A stretch of DNA of 63,395 bases, filler included, from Octopus bimaculoides (lineage: Eukaryota), in NCBI RefSeq assembly GCF_001194135.2. It is 6 parts of 5 records of this genome, joined end to end, with 100 filler letters (N's around TTAATTAATTAA, not from the genome) between each part and the next. Parts side by side here need not be neighbours in the genome. Positions count along the whole stretch, not along the records: positions 1 to 8,740 come from NC_068997.1; positions 8,841 to 13,236 come from NW_026349571.1; 4 more parts are not named here. One strand, given 5' to 3'. This document shows, one piece after another, positions 1-12,000 of this stretch. The notes beneath the pieces are model-generated. The model saw only the letters and a program-made list of their open reading frames with translations, made no database searches and was not told the DNA's origin. Both the position numbers and the translations under genes were made by a program. Every line of letters begins with the position of its first letter. Positions within the stretch are counted from its first letter, which is position 1.

Positions 1-189
1 ATATATATATATATATATATACATATATATACATGTATAAGTAACGGTGGTACCACAGCATGCCCGAAGCTTTCGGGCTGAAAGTAGTTAAGAAATATAT
101 ATACACACACACAAATATGCACACATACATGTATATATACAAATATGCATACATATACAAATATATATATATATATACANNNNNNNNNN

Positions 190-221
<32 letters not shown>

Positions 222-552
222 AATATACATTTACAAATATATACATACATATACATAAATACATATACAAATATATACATACATAAATACATATACAAAT
301 ATATATATATGCATATATATATAAATATATATACATATATATGAATATATATATAAATATATATACATATATATGAATATATATATATACATATATATGA
401 ATATATATATATACATATATATGAATATATATATAAATATATATACATATATATGAATATATATATATGAATATATATATATACATATATAAATATATAT
501 ATATACATATATAAATATATATATACATAAAAATACCTATCGGCAGCAGAAA

Positions 553-672
553 CCCGCGATATACTGAGGAGTCCGCGATATAAATTTATGTATATATATT
601 AGCCAGAAAAATCCGCGATGTAGTGAGTGCGCGATAGGCAAACCGCGATATAGTGAGGGATTATCTACAGTA
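553..672. mobile_element. Tigger/pogo-like DNA transposon end (remnant)
   Basis: Repeated CCGCGATAT motifs ending in AACCGCGATATAGTGAGGGA, resembling the reverse complement of Tigger-type termini (CAGT..CCCTCGxTATxCGCGG). Only one end is visible. Confidence 0.4.
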
Positions 673-812
673 CACGATATTACAATATATACCTGATTAT
701 TATATAAACCACATTACAACATACACCTCATTACTATATACACTATATAAATATATACACCCTTAATTATATAAACTTCGTTACTATATATGCACCACTT
801 ATTGTTATACAG

Positions 813-900
813 CAGTGTTTCCCAACCTGGGGTCCGTGGAGCCCTAGCAGTCCGCAAAAGTAGTACCGGGGGTCTGTGAGCTAAATTCAAAGTTTCATAT
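813..900 (+). mobile_element. hAT (Charlie-like) terminal remnant
   Basis: Begins CAGTGTTTCCCAACCTGGGGTCCG, typical of hAT/Charlie termini. No partner TIR is seen; the sequence is cut by a SINE. Confidence 0.45.
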
Positions 901-1266
901 TCTTTTATTCTTTTATGTATTTCAGTCATTTGACTGCGGCCATGCTGGAGCACCGCCTTTTAGTCGAGCAGGTCGACCCCACAGGACTTATTCTTTTGTA
1001 AGCCTAAGTTACGGAGACGTAAACACACCAGCATCGGTTGCCGCTTGACAACCGATGCTGGTTGTCAAAGGGCAATCACAGACACAAACATATAACACAT
1101 GTATACACGACGGGCTTCTTTCAGTTTCCGTCTTGCAAATCCACTTACAAGGCTTTGGTCGGCCCAAGGCGAAGTAGAAGACCCTTGGCCAAGGTGCCAT
1201 GCAGTGGGGCTGAACCCAGAACCATGTGGTTGGTAAGCAAGCTACTTCCCACATAGCTACTCCTAT
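901..1266 (-). mobile_element. SINE-A (tRNA-derived head, CORE-like CCTTGGGCAAG motif)
   Basis: The minus strand has A/B-box-like head motifs (TAGCTATGTGG..GGTTCAGCCCC) and a 3' tail GGCGGTGCTCCAGCATGGCCGCAGTCAAATGACTGAAA. Several homologous copies occur in the window. Confidence 0.9.
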
Positions 1267-1269
1267 GTT

Positions 1270-1321
1270 TAGATGTGTGCGAGAGACTGTGATTACGTGC
1301 GTGCGTAAGAGCCTGTGTGTA

Positions 1322-1354
<33 letters not shown>

Positions 1355-1982
1355 CTGTATGTGTATGATTAAATGTGTACGTGTGTGGCTGTGTGTTTAC
1401 ACGTGATTATGCGTGTGGCTGCATGTGTGTATATGTGTATGTGCGACTATGTATAGGTGTGTGTTTGAGTGAAGTTATATATGTCCGTACGTACCTGTAT
1501 ATGCATGTGGCTTTGTATGTGTGTGTGTGTTCGCGTGTCTATGTGTAGGTGTGCGCGTGTATATATATTAATATGTCTATATGCAATCATAAGTGTTTAT
1601 TTAACCGTGTGAAAGTGAAGTTCTGTGTACCTGACAGAATGTGTGTGTGATTGTGTGTGTAAACATGTGTGCGATTATGTGTTTATGAATACACATCATT
1701 CTTTCTTTCTCTTCCTCTCTCTTTCTAACTGTCTCTCTATTTCCCTGTCTTGCTTTCATTCTCTCTTTCTCTCTCTCTCCCTCTTTCTACATCACTTTCT
1801 ATCTCTATCTCTCTCTCTCTCGCTCATTCTCTCTTTCTCTCTCGCCCATTCTCTCTTTCTACTTCACTTTCTATCTCTGTCTCTTTCTCTCTCTCTCTCT
1901 CTAGTCCACTTTCTTTCCGTCTTTCTCACACACTCATTCTCTAGTTCACTTTCTTTCTTTCTCACTTTCACTCTCTCTAGCT

Positions 1983-2016
<34 letters not shown>

Positions 2017-2110
2017 GCCGTCATGCAAGCAATGGTCAAAAATAAGAGAGAGACAGAGAAAAGAAAAACGAGAGAGAAAGAGAGAGAGAAAAAAAAAGAG
2101 AGAAAAATTG
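1270..2110. repeat. Degenerate (TG)n/(TC)n/(AG)n microsatellite block
   Basis: Directly visible low-complexity dinucleotide runs. Confidence 0.9.
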
Positions 2111-2329
2111 ATTGACGGGGTGAGTGGGTGGAGTGGAGTTGGGGGATTAAAGACGAAAAAGAACAAAAGGCGTCAAAAGAAATCTTGTCCAATTATTAAT
2201 TATTAATTACTAATTAGTAATCTGTTATTAATCCATAATAATTGTCTACGGACGCCATATTGTTTGTTGAAGTCTGGGCGATATTTTTTTAGTTATTTGT
2301 TATTTGTTACTGCACTGTTATTGTTATTG

Positions 2330-2965
2330 CTGTTGTTGATGATGACGATGACGACGGTGATGATGACGGTGGTGGTGGTGGTGGTGGTGGTGGTGGTGTA
2401 CTCTTATCGTGATTTCTGTGTTTTTTTGTGGGGGTTGGGGGTTGGCAATGTCTGCCGATGCTGTTGTTGATGATAATGATGACGATGATGACGACGACGA
2501 CGACGATCNNNNNNNNNNGGTGGTGGTGGTGGTGGTGTACTCTTATCGTGATTTCTGTGTTTTTTTGTGGGGGTTGGGGGTTGGCAATGTCTGCCGATGC
2601 TGTTGTTGATGATAATGATGACGATGATGACGACGACGACGACGATCAAGGTGACGAAAATTACGAAAATGGTGATGAGAATGATGACGACGACAACGAT
2701 GACAAAGACGACCATCATCATCGTCATCATCATCAATTTCAACATCATTGTCATCATCGTCATCATCATCAATATCATCATCATCGTCATCATCAATTTC
2801 AACATCATTGTCATCATCGTCATCATCATCAATATCATCATCATCGTCATCATCAATNNNNNNNNNNCAACATCATTGTCATCATCGTCATCATCATCAA
2901 TATCATCATCATCGTCATCATCAATTTCAACATCATTGTCATCATCGTCATCATCATCAACATCA
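2330..2965. repeat. (GAT)n/(GGT)n/(CAT)n trinucleotide repeat block, duplicated across 10-N gaps
   Basis: Directly visible. Identical segments flank the short N gaps. Confidence 0.9.
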
Positions 2966-3059
2966 TCAAAATATCGAGGATGGTCATACTAGCAGTAGTG
3001 GCTATTGTTTGTTTGGGGGGTTTTTTTTCTGACCATGCCATCTTGCTGGTTTTAGGTGT

Positions 3060-3425
3060 TTTGTGGTAACAAGCTTGCTTCCCAGCCATAAGGTTCTGGG
3101 TTCAGTCCCACTGCGTGGCGCCTTGGGCAAGTGTCTCCTACTATAGCCTCGGGCTGACCAAAGCCTTGTGAGTGGATTTGGTAGACGGAAACTGAAAGAA
3201 GCCCGTCGTATATATGTATATGTATATATATGTGTGTGTTTGTATGTCTGTGTTTGTCTCCCCAACAACGCTTGACAACTGATGCTGGTGTGTTTACGTC
3301 CCTGTAACTTAGCAGAATAAGTACTAGGCTTACAAAGAATAAGTCCTGGGGTCGGTTTGCTCAACTAAAGGCGATGCTCCAGCAGGGTCGCAGTCAAATG
3401 ACTGAAACAAGTAAAAGTAAAAGAG
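3060..3425 (+). mobile_element. SINE-A copy
   Basis: Head GGTTCAGTCCCACTGCGTGGCGCCTTGGGCAAG and tail GCTCCAGCAGGGTCGCAGTCAAATGACTGAAACAAGTAAAAG, homologous to 901-1266. Confidence 0.9.
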
Positions 3426-4458
3426 TATATATACATATGTATATATANNNNNNNNNNNNNNNNNNNNNNNNNNNNNNNNNNNNNNNNNNNNNNNNNNNNN
3501 NNNNNNNNNNNNNNNNNNNNNNNNNNNNNNNNNNNNNNNNNNNNNNNNNNNNNNNNNNNNNNNNNNNNNNNNNNNNNNNNNNNNNNNNNNNNNNNNNNNN
3601 NNNNNNNNNNNNNNNNNNNNNNNNNNNNNNNNNNNNNNNNNNNNNNNNNNNNNNNNNNNNNNNNNNNNNNNNNNNNNNNNNNNNNNNNNNNNNNNNNNNN
3701 NNNNNNNNNNNNNNNNNNNNNNNNNNNNNNNNNNNNNNNNNNNNNNNNNNNNNNNNNNNNNNNNNNNNNNNNNNNNNNNNNNNNNNNNNNNNNNNNNNNN
3801 NNNNNNNNNNNNNNNNNNNNNNNNNNNNNNNNNNNNNNNNNNNNNNNNNNNNNNNNNNNNNNNNNNNNNNNNNNNNNNNNNNNNNNNNNNNNNNNNNNNN
3901 NNNNNNNNNNNNNNNNNNNNNNNNNNNNNNNNNNNNNNNNNNNNNNNNNNNNNNNNNNNNNNNNNNNNNNNNNNNNNNNNNNNNNNNNNNNNNNNNNNNN
4001 NNNNNNNNNNNNNNNNNNNNNNNNNNNNNNNNNNNNNNNNNNNNNNNNNNNNNNNNNNNNNNNNNNNNNNNNNNNNNNNNNNNNNNNNNNNNNNNNNNNN
4101 NNNNNNNNNNNNNNNNNNNNNNNNNNNNNNNNNNNNNNNNNNNNNNNNNNNNNNNNNNNNNNNNNNNNNNNNNNNNNNNNNNNNNNNNNNNNNNNNNNNN
4201 NNNNNNNNNNNNNNNNNNNNNNNNNNNNNNNNNNNNNNNNNNNNNNNNNNNNTAATATCAATTAAAAACATGTAAGGACAAAGACAGGACGAAGGTTACA
4301 AAGAGTTTTGTCCGAAAAGGTAGGAAAGTTCGTCTAAACAGAGGAAGAAAACGGAGAAAGATATAACAAATAAATAGATAAATAATATATTATAATATAT
4401 ACCTATATCTGTCTATAAAATATATCCATCTACACAGAGAGAGAGAGAGGGGGAGAGG

Positions 4459-4490
<32 letters not shown>

Positions 4491-5904
4491 AAGAGAGAAA
4501 GAGAGAAAGAGAGAGAGAGAGAAATCATGACTTGCGACTCGGGCTTTGCGCCGCTGCAATCTTTAGGTGAGAAGGTGGCGCTGGCGTTGAACTTGTTTAC
4601 TTTTAGCATATTAGACATATCCTCTAGGACACGTATTGAGCACCCTTCCCTTATTCGTTCGACGCAAACCAACATATGTGTTTATGTCTGTGTGTCTGCG
4701 CTTGCTTGCACATGCATATACACGCACATACATATATACATACACGCAGATATATATATATATAAATACATACATACATACATACATACACATATATATT
4801 TTACTACTACTACTATTAGCACCAAAAGGACAACTAGCCACCACCCATCACCATCACCATCATCATTATGATGATCATCAGTGCCATTTCCACAACGANN
4901 NNNNNNNNNNNNNNNNNNNNNNNNNNNNNNNNNNNNNNNNNNNNNNNNNNNNNNNNNNNNNNNNNNNNNNNNNNNNNNNNNNNNNNNNNNNNNNNNNNNN
5001 NNNNNNNNNNNNNNNNNNNNNNNNNNNNNNNNNNNNNNNNNNNNNNNNNNNNNNNNNNNNNNNNNNNNNNNNNNNNNNNNNNNNNNNNNNNNNNNNNNNN
5101 NNNNNNNNNNNNNNNNNNNNNNNNNNNNNNNNNNNNNNNNNNNNNNNNNNNNNNNNNNNNNNNNNNNNNNNNNNNNNNNNNNNNNNNNNNNNNNNNNNNN
5201 NNNNNNNNNNNNNNNNNNNNNNNNNNNNNNNNNNNNNNNNNNNNNNNNNNNNNNNNNNNNNNNNNNNNNNNNNNNNNNNNNNNNNNNNNNNNNNNNNNNN
5301 NNNNNNNNNNNNNNNNNNNNNNNNNNNNNNNNNNNNNNNNNNNNNNNNNNNNNNNNNNNNNNNNNNNNNNNNNNNNNNNNNNNNNNNNNNNNNNNNNNNN
5401 NNNNNNNNNNNNNNNNNNNNNNNNNNNNNNNNNNNNNNNNNNNNNNNNNNNNNNNNNNNNNNNNNNNNNNNNNNNNNNNNNNNNNNNNNNNNNNNNNNNN
5501 NNNNNNNNNNNNNNNNNNNNNNNNNNNNNNNNNNNNNNNNNNNNNNNNNNNNNNNNNNNNNNNNNNNNNNNNNNNNNNNNNNNNNNNNNNNNNNNNNNNN
5601 NNNNNNNNNNNNNNNNNNNNNNNNNNNNNNNNNNNNNNNNNNNNNNNNNNNNNNNNNNNNNNNNNNNNNNNNNNNNNNNNNNNNNNNNNNNNNNNNNNNN
5701 NNNNNNNNNNNNNNNNNNNNNNNNNNNNNNNNNNNNNNNNNNNNNNNNNNNNNNNNNNNNNNNNNNNNNNNNNNNNNNNNNNNNNNNNNNNNNNTATGCT
5801 GGTAGCAGTGTTAGTAACAACGGTGGTGGTGGTGGTATATATATATCTATATATATATATATATATATAATATACAGTGTGTGTGAGGGGTCTGCGTGTG
5901 CCTA

Positions 5905-6285
5905 ACATGATGGTGGCGTTCTCAAAGAGGTCGGAGTTGAAGAACATGAAGACTGCAAGAGCAATAACCAGCACTAAAAGAAAAACTATTACGAAACGAG
6001 GGAATCGTTGGAGCATCGGACAGATAAGACTGCGGTATTATTTCTGAAAGCAAGGATTCTATTTATGTAGAGCAACAGCCTGGACGCTTACCAAAAACTG
6101 GAATCCAGACTAGATGGAACTTGTATGAGAAGGGTAAAGGCGGCAGTCTCAAACATGTCTTGGAGAACTCATCCCTCCAAGAAATAGGTGTATGGCAGGA
6201 GATCTCATGCTTGTCTCCACCATTGTAAGAGAAAGGCGTTTGCGCTTTGCGGGATATTGCTGGCAAGCTAAACAAAAGCAGGCAA
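5905..6285 (+). mobile_element. RTE-clade LINE fragment, post-RT region (decayed)
   Basis: Frameshifted translation gives AWTLTK/LESRLDGT..SWRTHP../TIVRERRLRFAGYCW, matching the RTE C-terminal pattern. Confidence 0.75.
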
Positions 6286-6904
6286 AGTGACCTACTTACT
6301 TCCGAACCACATGGTTCTGGGTTCAACTCCACTACTGGGCGTCTTGGACGTGAATTTATTAACTATTCGGTCACGTCCGGTTTAGTAAAGCAAATGAATG
6401 GACGGGGTGTATGTATCGATAAGGATTAGTTAGAGGAGAAACCGGTGGGGGAAGCAAAAATGGATAAAGATGAATTGAGAGAAGGGTGGAGATTGGGTAT
6501 AAAGGGACTAGACGTAATCGAACCATTGCTAATCTAGGAGAAGAGGTAAAGATAATATGTGATAATGTATAAAGCAAGTGCTGATAATGCATGGTGATTT
6601 AGGATAATGCATGATAGAAATATTGATAATGCAGGATACAATTGCTGAAAATGTATGATGATAAATGACAGAAGTATTGATAATGTATGATAATGTATGA
6701 TGATATATGACAAAAGTATTGATAATGTATGATAATGTATGATGATATATGTTGATATATAATACAGACGCAAAGAATACACACACATCATTCCCAACAA
6801 TATTAATATATTGTCCAGAAAACACCTTAAAAGAACAATACATATATATATGTGTCGCGTTAGTTGGAGTTACGATGTATAATCTTTAAAGGACTTTATC
6901 ATAT

Positions 6905-7120
6905 TCGTTTCAAATTTTGGCACAAGGCCAGCAGTTTTAGGCGAGAGGGTAAGTCGATTTTATTGATGCCAGTACTCAACTGGAACTTAGTTTATCGACC
7001 CTGGAAGGATGAAAGGTAAAATCGACCTCGGTGGCATTTGAACACAGAACGTACAGACGGACAAAATGCCATTAAGCATTATTCTCAAGCGTGCTGACGA
7101 TTCTGCCAGCTCGCCGCCTT
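6905..7120 (-). mobile_element. SINE-C (tRNA-like head GGCGGCGAGCTGGCAGAATCG; central CCTTTCATCCTT..GGGTCGATAAA domain)
   Basis: Homologous to more than 10 other copies in the window. Confidence 0.9.
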
Positions 7121-7929
7121 AAAGGTTTATATCAGTTTATGAATATGTGTGTTGTTGTTGTTGCTGCTTTTGTTTAACGCCAGGTCAACCCCTGGTAGAG
7201 CAGATATAGGATCATGGGCAATCCATCTGTGACAATCTTGTCTTTTCTAGGTACACAGTGCACTCAGAAACACAAACTATTTGTGGTGGTGGTGGTGGAG
7301 ACGACGGTGGTGGTGGTGGTGGTGATTTTTAAGAATGGTGCTGGGGATGTTCTTGTTAATGTTGCTGTCATTGTTGGGGATAATAGTGGGATTATGTCGG
7401 TGATGATGTTGATATTGTTGTTTCTAGTGGTGATGGTGGTGGTGGTAGTGTTGATGATTGTTTAGATTTGTGGTGGTGACGGCGGTGATGGAGTTAGTAG
7501 AGTTAGTCAATTGCTGTGAGGTTTGATTTATCACACACGCACACTCACACACACACACGCGCGCAAATACATACATGTACAAATATACACACTCTTACGC
7601 GCACACATACGTACACGCGAACATACGCATACATACACGCAAGCATTCACACACACACGCTCACGCATACACACGCATACACATACACACGCTGATTGGT
7701 TGTGATATTGTTATTACATGTGGCTGAGCAAGATAAATAAACCAATGAACGTTGATTGTCTCCCCCCCTCTTTACCCTCCTCCACATCCTCCTCCCCAAC
7801 TCCTCCCTCCACCCACTCCTTCCCTCCGTCCCCCACCCCGCTCACCTCTCTCATCTCAATCAGTAAGGTGAAACAGTTAGTCGTTTCCTTCAAGACCAAT
7901 GAACCGTATCAAACAGTTTCACTGAATCA

Positions 7930-7944
7930 CCACCAGAGGGCGCC
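7930..7944 (+). promoter_or_regulatory. CTCF-like motif CCACCAGAGGGCGCC
   Basis: Exact match to the CTCF core consensus CCASYAGRKGGCRS, outside recognisable repeats. Binding is not shown. Confidence 0.4.
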
Positions 7945-8784
7945 TATAAAACACACTTTAAACATTATCGTCTTCTCCTTTCTTCCTTTTCTTCTTTCGT
8001 TTGTTTCTTTCTGTCTTCAATGTTTTGTTTTGTTTTTTCTTTAATTCTTCCTTCTTCGTCGCCATTCTCCATCTTGGTTCTTTAACCCCTTCAATGCTCG
8101 TCTAGCAGACAGACTTTACTAATGAGCGAATGCGTTCCACTCATGACCACTTCGTCTTATGTTCAGAAATGCTATATTTAAGACGGCTACGCATGATCCG
8201 GATGCTATTTCTAACTGATCACGCGACTACATGTTCTCCCATTGGCTCAATGTGGACTGCCGTGTAAAGTTATAGGTACGTACAATGGGCAGTTATTTCA
8301 GAGGTTACAGGCCCCACGGGTTTAGGGATCAAATGTTAATATATGTGTTTTACTATACCCAGGAGACCCCTTTAGTGTAGGTGCTCAATACTAATGTATA
8401 TGCAGGGTCCCCACTGGATTGCTTTGTCCAGGGCTCTGACACCGTGAAGGCGGCCCTGAATTAGGCCGAGTTCGATACAGAAGTGAAACTTTGAATATTG
8501 TAAAAATTTAACTCCGAGTAAGTACCTCTCCCCCTATACACACACACACACACACACCGCCTTCCCCGACTCTCTGTCTCCGTCTCTCTCTCTCGCTCTT
8601 TCTCCTTCCCCCTCTCTCCGTCCCTCTCCCTTTCTCTCTCTCTCTCTCGCTGTATTACTGAGGACAGAATCTGTATCGATATGATGATTCTAGAAGCGGG
8701 GTTTCTTGTTGAAGGACAACCTTCCGAGAAAATCTATCCANNNNNNNNNNNNNNNNNNNNNNNNNNNNNNNNNNNNNNNNNNNN

Positions 8785-8796
8785 TTAATTAATTAA
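8785..8796. other. Assembly spacer TTAATTAATTAA between 44-N runs (also 13281-13292, 19229-19240, 47955-47966, 60525-60536)
   Basis: The identical 12-mer sits centred in 100-bp N blocks five times. Confidence 0.95.
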
Positions 8797-8840
8797 NNNN
8801 NNNNNNNNNNNNNNNNNNNNNNNNNNNNNNNNNNNNNNNN

Positions 8841-8955
8841 TTCCTAACACTAGCTGAATGATAACTGAGTTGTTTTACTAAATTCTTTGTCATATTTAAA
8901 GTAATTGAAAAAAATACAGGGCATCTCAAAATAAATACAGTAACAAAAAGGCTAA
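8841..8955. mobile_element. Partial copy of the TTAA piggyBac-type MITE
   Basis: About 115 bp clearly similar to 11271-11385; the rest is lost in the adjacent gap. Confidence 0.75.
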
Positions 8956-9064
8956 AACACAAGTGATAGATATTATTCTAGTTTCTTCTATATCTTTGCC
9001 CTTGGGAATCTGATTCGGAAGGAATGTTTTTGTAAACTAGTAAATGTTTTTTAAGTCCAGATAT

Positions 9065-12000
9065 TGTCTAACAAGTCTTTTGACAAGTTGTAAGAGGTGG
9101 TTGGTGTCTAAGATCATTACCTATCCAGGCATTATGATTTTCATGTGACTTCATATGGTTCGTGTATCCTGCTCTTGACAACAGAACATGGTCACATATA
9201 ATACATATCCAATGTTCACTGTTGATTACAGTTCCAATTGTTCCTTTGTGACAGGCCCTTTTAAGTTCAGAGTGCTGGATCATCTTTTTCTTCCAGGCAT
9301 TACAACCAGTCCTAACGGCACCTTTCCACTTTGTTCCAATCTTGAGTATCATTTTCCCAATCACTTTTGTTCATATCTAGTTTCTTCAGGTTTTCCTTCA
9401 CACAGTCTTTATACCTTTTCCTCAGCTTATGTTGTGGTTGCTTACCAGAGTTGAGCTCACCATAAAAAAGACGCTTTGGCTAAAGCTCGTCTTTCATTCT
9501 AATGACATGTCCAGTCCATCTCATTTGAGCCAAGATAACATGTTGTTCAATTGAGCTGCAACGTGCCATGCGCAAAACCTCTGTATCTGGTATGAAACAT
9601 TCCCACTTAACTCCTGAGACATGTCTGAGGCACTTTTGATGAAATCTCTCCAGCATTATTTTTATGTGATGCTTGTGTCTCATTTGAATAAAGAAGTGCA
9701 GACAATACCAACACTTTATAGACACATTTATGTCTGCAGGGAAATACCTCTATTCGCTCATACTCACTTTTCAAGCTTTCCAAAAGCAACACTTCCCTTC
9801 CCTATTCGATAGTATATCTCTGCATCAAGACCACCATCTCTTCACAGTGTGTTTCCTAGGTAAACAAAGGTGTCAACGACTCCTAACCTTGTTCCATTCA
9901 CAAAAATGTTTGGTTCAGAATATGTTTGTCCTGGCACAGAAGTAAACATTACTTTGGTTTTCCTCAAGCTAATTGTGAGTCTAAAATGTACATATGCAGT
10001 GGAAAATCTGTCTATTAAATGTGGCATATCTCCCTCTGAATGTGCCAACAAATCAGCATCATCAGCATAAAGTAATTCTCTAACAAGTATTTTGAAAGTC
10101 TTTGCTTTGCAGTTAAACTGGGTTGAATTAAAAATATAACCAGATGTCCGAAATCTGATTCCGATTCCCCTGTTGCAATCTTTGAAAGCATGCCAAAGTA
10201 ATGCAGCAAAATAAATAGAGAAAAGTGTAGGGGCAGGAATATCTCCCTGTTTGACACTGTTGACCAATGAAAATCCATGAAATAGCTCACCATTAAAGAC
10301 TACCCGAGCTTTCATGTTTCTGTGTAGTTCCTTAAAAATGCTCACAAAATGTGTTGGACAACCAAGTTTACACAAAACAATCCACAGTGCCTCCCTGTTT
10401 ACCGTGTCAAATGCCTTAGTTAAATCTACGAAGACCTGGTATAGTGGCATTTGTTCCTCTAAGCATTTCTCTTGAACCTGCCTCACAGAAAATATTATGT
10501 CCATTGTTCCTCACTCAAATCTGAAACCACACTGTTCTTCAGGAATCACATGTAGACACACATTCTCAACAAGGTTATCTAACATAACCCTTGAAAGTAT
10601 CTTCTCGGTATATGCCAGAAGAGTTATCCCTCTAGAATTACCACACACAGTTTTTGGGCCCTTACTCTTGTATACAGAGATTAGAATGCCATTTATCCAT
10701 TCTTGTGGCACAGAAGATTCATTTCAAACTTGAGTTAGCAGGTTATAAATTTCAGATGAAATATGATCCCCACCTGCTTTCAGAATTTCAACTGTAGTAC
10801 CATTCAATCCAGGAGCTTAACCTGATCTCAGTTTACATAATGCCAAATTTACTTCTTCAATGGAAGATGTATCATCCATGTGTTGCACTATCTCTCTTTG
10901 CAGAAAGTTGTTTATGATATCCATGTTTACTACAAATGGATTGTGGAAAAGATCTGCAAAGTGTTCTCTCCATCTACCCATTATTCCAAAAGGTTCTTTA
11001 ATAACCTCATTTCCATCTTTTGACTTCAAGGGAATGTATGATGATGAAGATTGTGGTCCAAAAGCTTGCCACAATAAACAATAGAAACTTTTGATGTTGT
11101 TCCTGTCATAGGCTACCTGTACTTCCTTAGACAAATTTCTCCACCAAATGTCTTTAACCTTTCCGTTACTAACCCGGCTGAAACCGGCTCTGGCTCTGTA
11201 GTACAAATGTCTTGTTTTCATAAGTTTTGAATAATAATCTTCCACCAAACCTTAGTCACAACTTATGATGTTCCTAACACTAGCTTAATGGTAACTAAGT
11301 TATTTTATTAAATTCTTTGTTATATTTAAAATAATTGAAAGAAACACAGAGCACCTCAAAATAAAAACAGTAATGAGAGGGTTAAACCACCTGAGTTTTT
11401 TTTGCAAGTCTGCTTTCTGAGATTTGTACAACTTTTCTAGTTGCACTTTGTTCTTAACATTTGGGTCAAGAAGCTTTTCATGAGTGGGCCTCTTTGTTGC
11501 TAAAAGCTCATTTATCACCATATCATTAGAATCAAACCAGTCTCGGTATTGTATTCTCTTAAAACCTAACACCTCTGATCCCATTTTATATATTCCATCA
11601 TGGAAAGATTGCCATGAACCTTCAAAATGAATATTGCTGCATCTCTACTGAAACAACTGCAAAACTTGTGGTTGTTTAGCTGCTCTACATGAATTTTCTT
11701 TGGTAGTCGTACACCAGCACTACGAACCTTGTTACAAACCCTGAACTTGAACCTGGCCCTAACCATTTTGTGATTAGTATCACAATCAGCACCTCACAAT
11801 ACTCTAAGACTGCACAAATCTTGTAAGTCAGCTTTCCGATGAAAGTAAGTATTCCCAACAACCAACCATAGCTCAGAGCATATTTGTAGCAATGCAACCC
11901 GTTGTTGCTCACTTTTCCTATTCCATAACACCCAAGTACATTCCAAGCATCAAAGTCTCTACCAATACATGCATTAAAGTTACCAAGCACAACCAACTTC

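Noticed and set aside
62-78. GC-rich hairpin GCCCGAA-gct-TTCGGGC followed by TGAAAG, as a hammerhead stem II
   Set aside because: No CUGANGA upstream and no stem I or III.
2380-2648. Direct duplication of ~130 bp (also the 50-bp duplicate 51188-51237/51248-51297)
   Set aside because: Identical copies flank 10-N gaps, typical of unmerged contig overlaps.
60-5905. Long ORFs such as 88-528, 1625-2206, 2428-3069, 3330-4271 and 4636-6016
   Set aside because: They translate microsatellites (YI, SL, HT, poly-M/H/D) or run through N gaps. The same applies to similar ORFs across the window.
8785-8796. Recurrent TTAATTAATTAA palindrome
   Set aside because: Always centred in 100-bp N blocks; an artificial six-frame-stop spacer.
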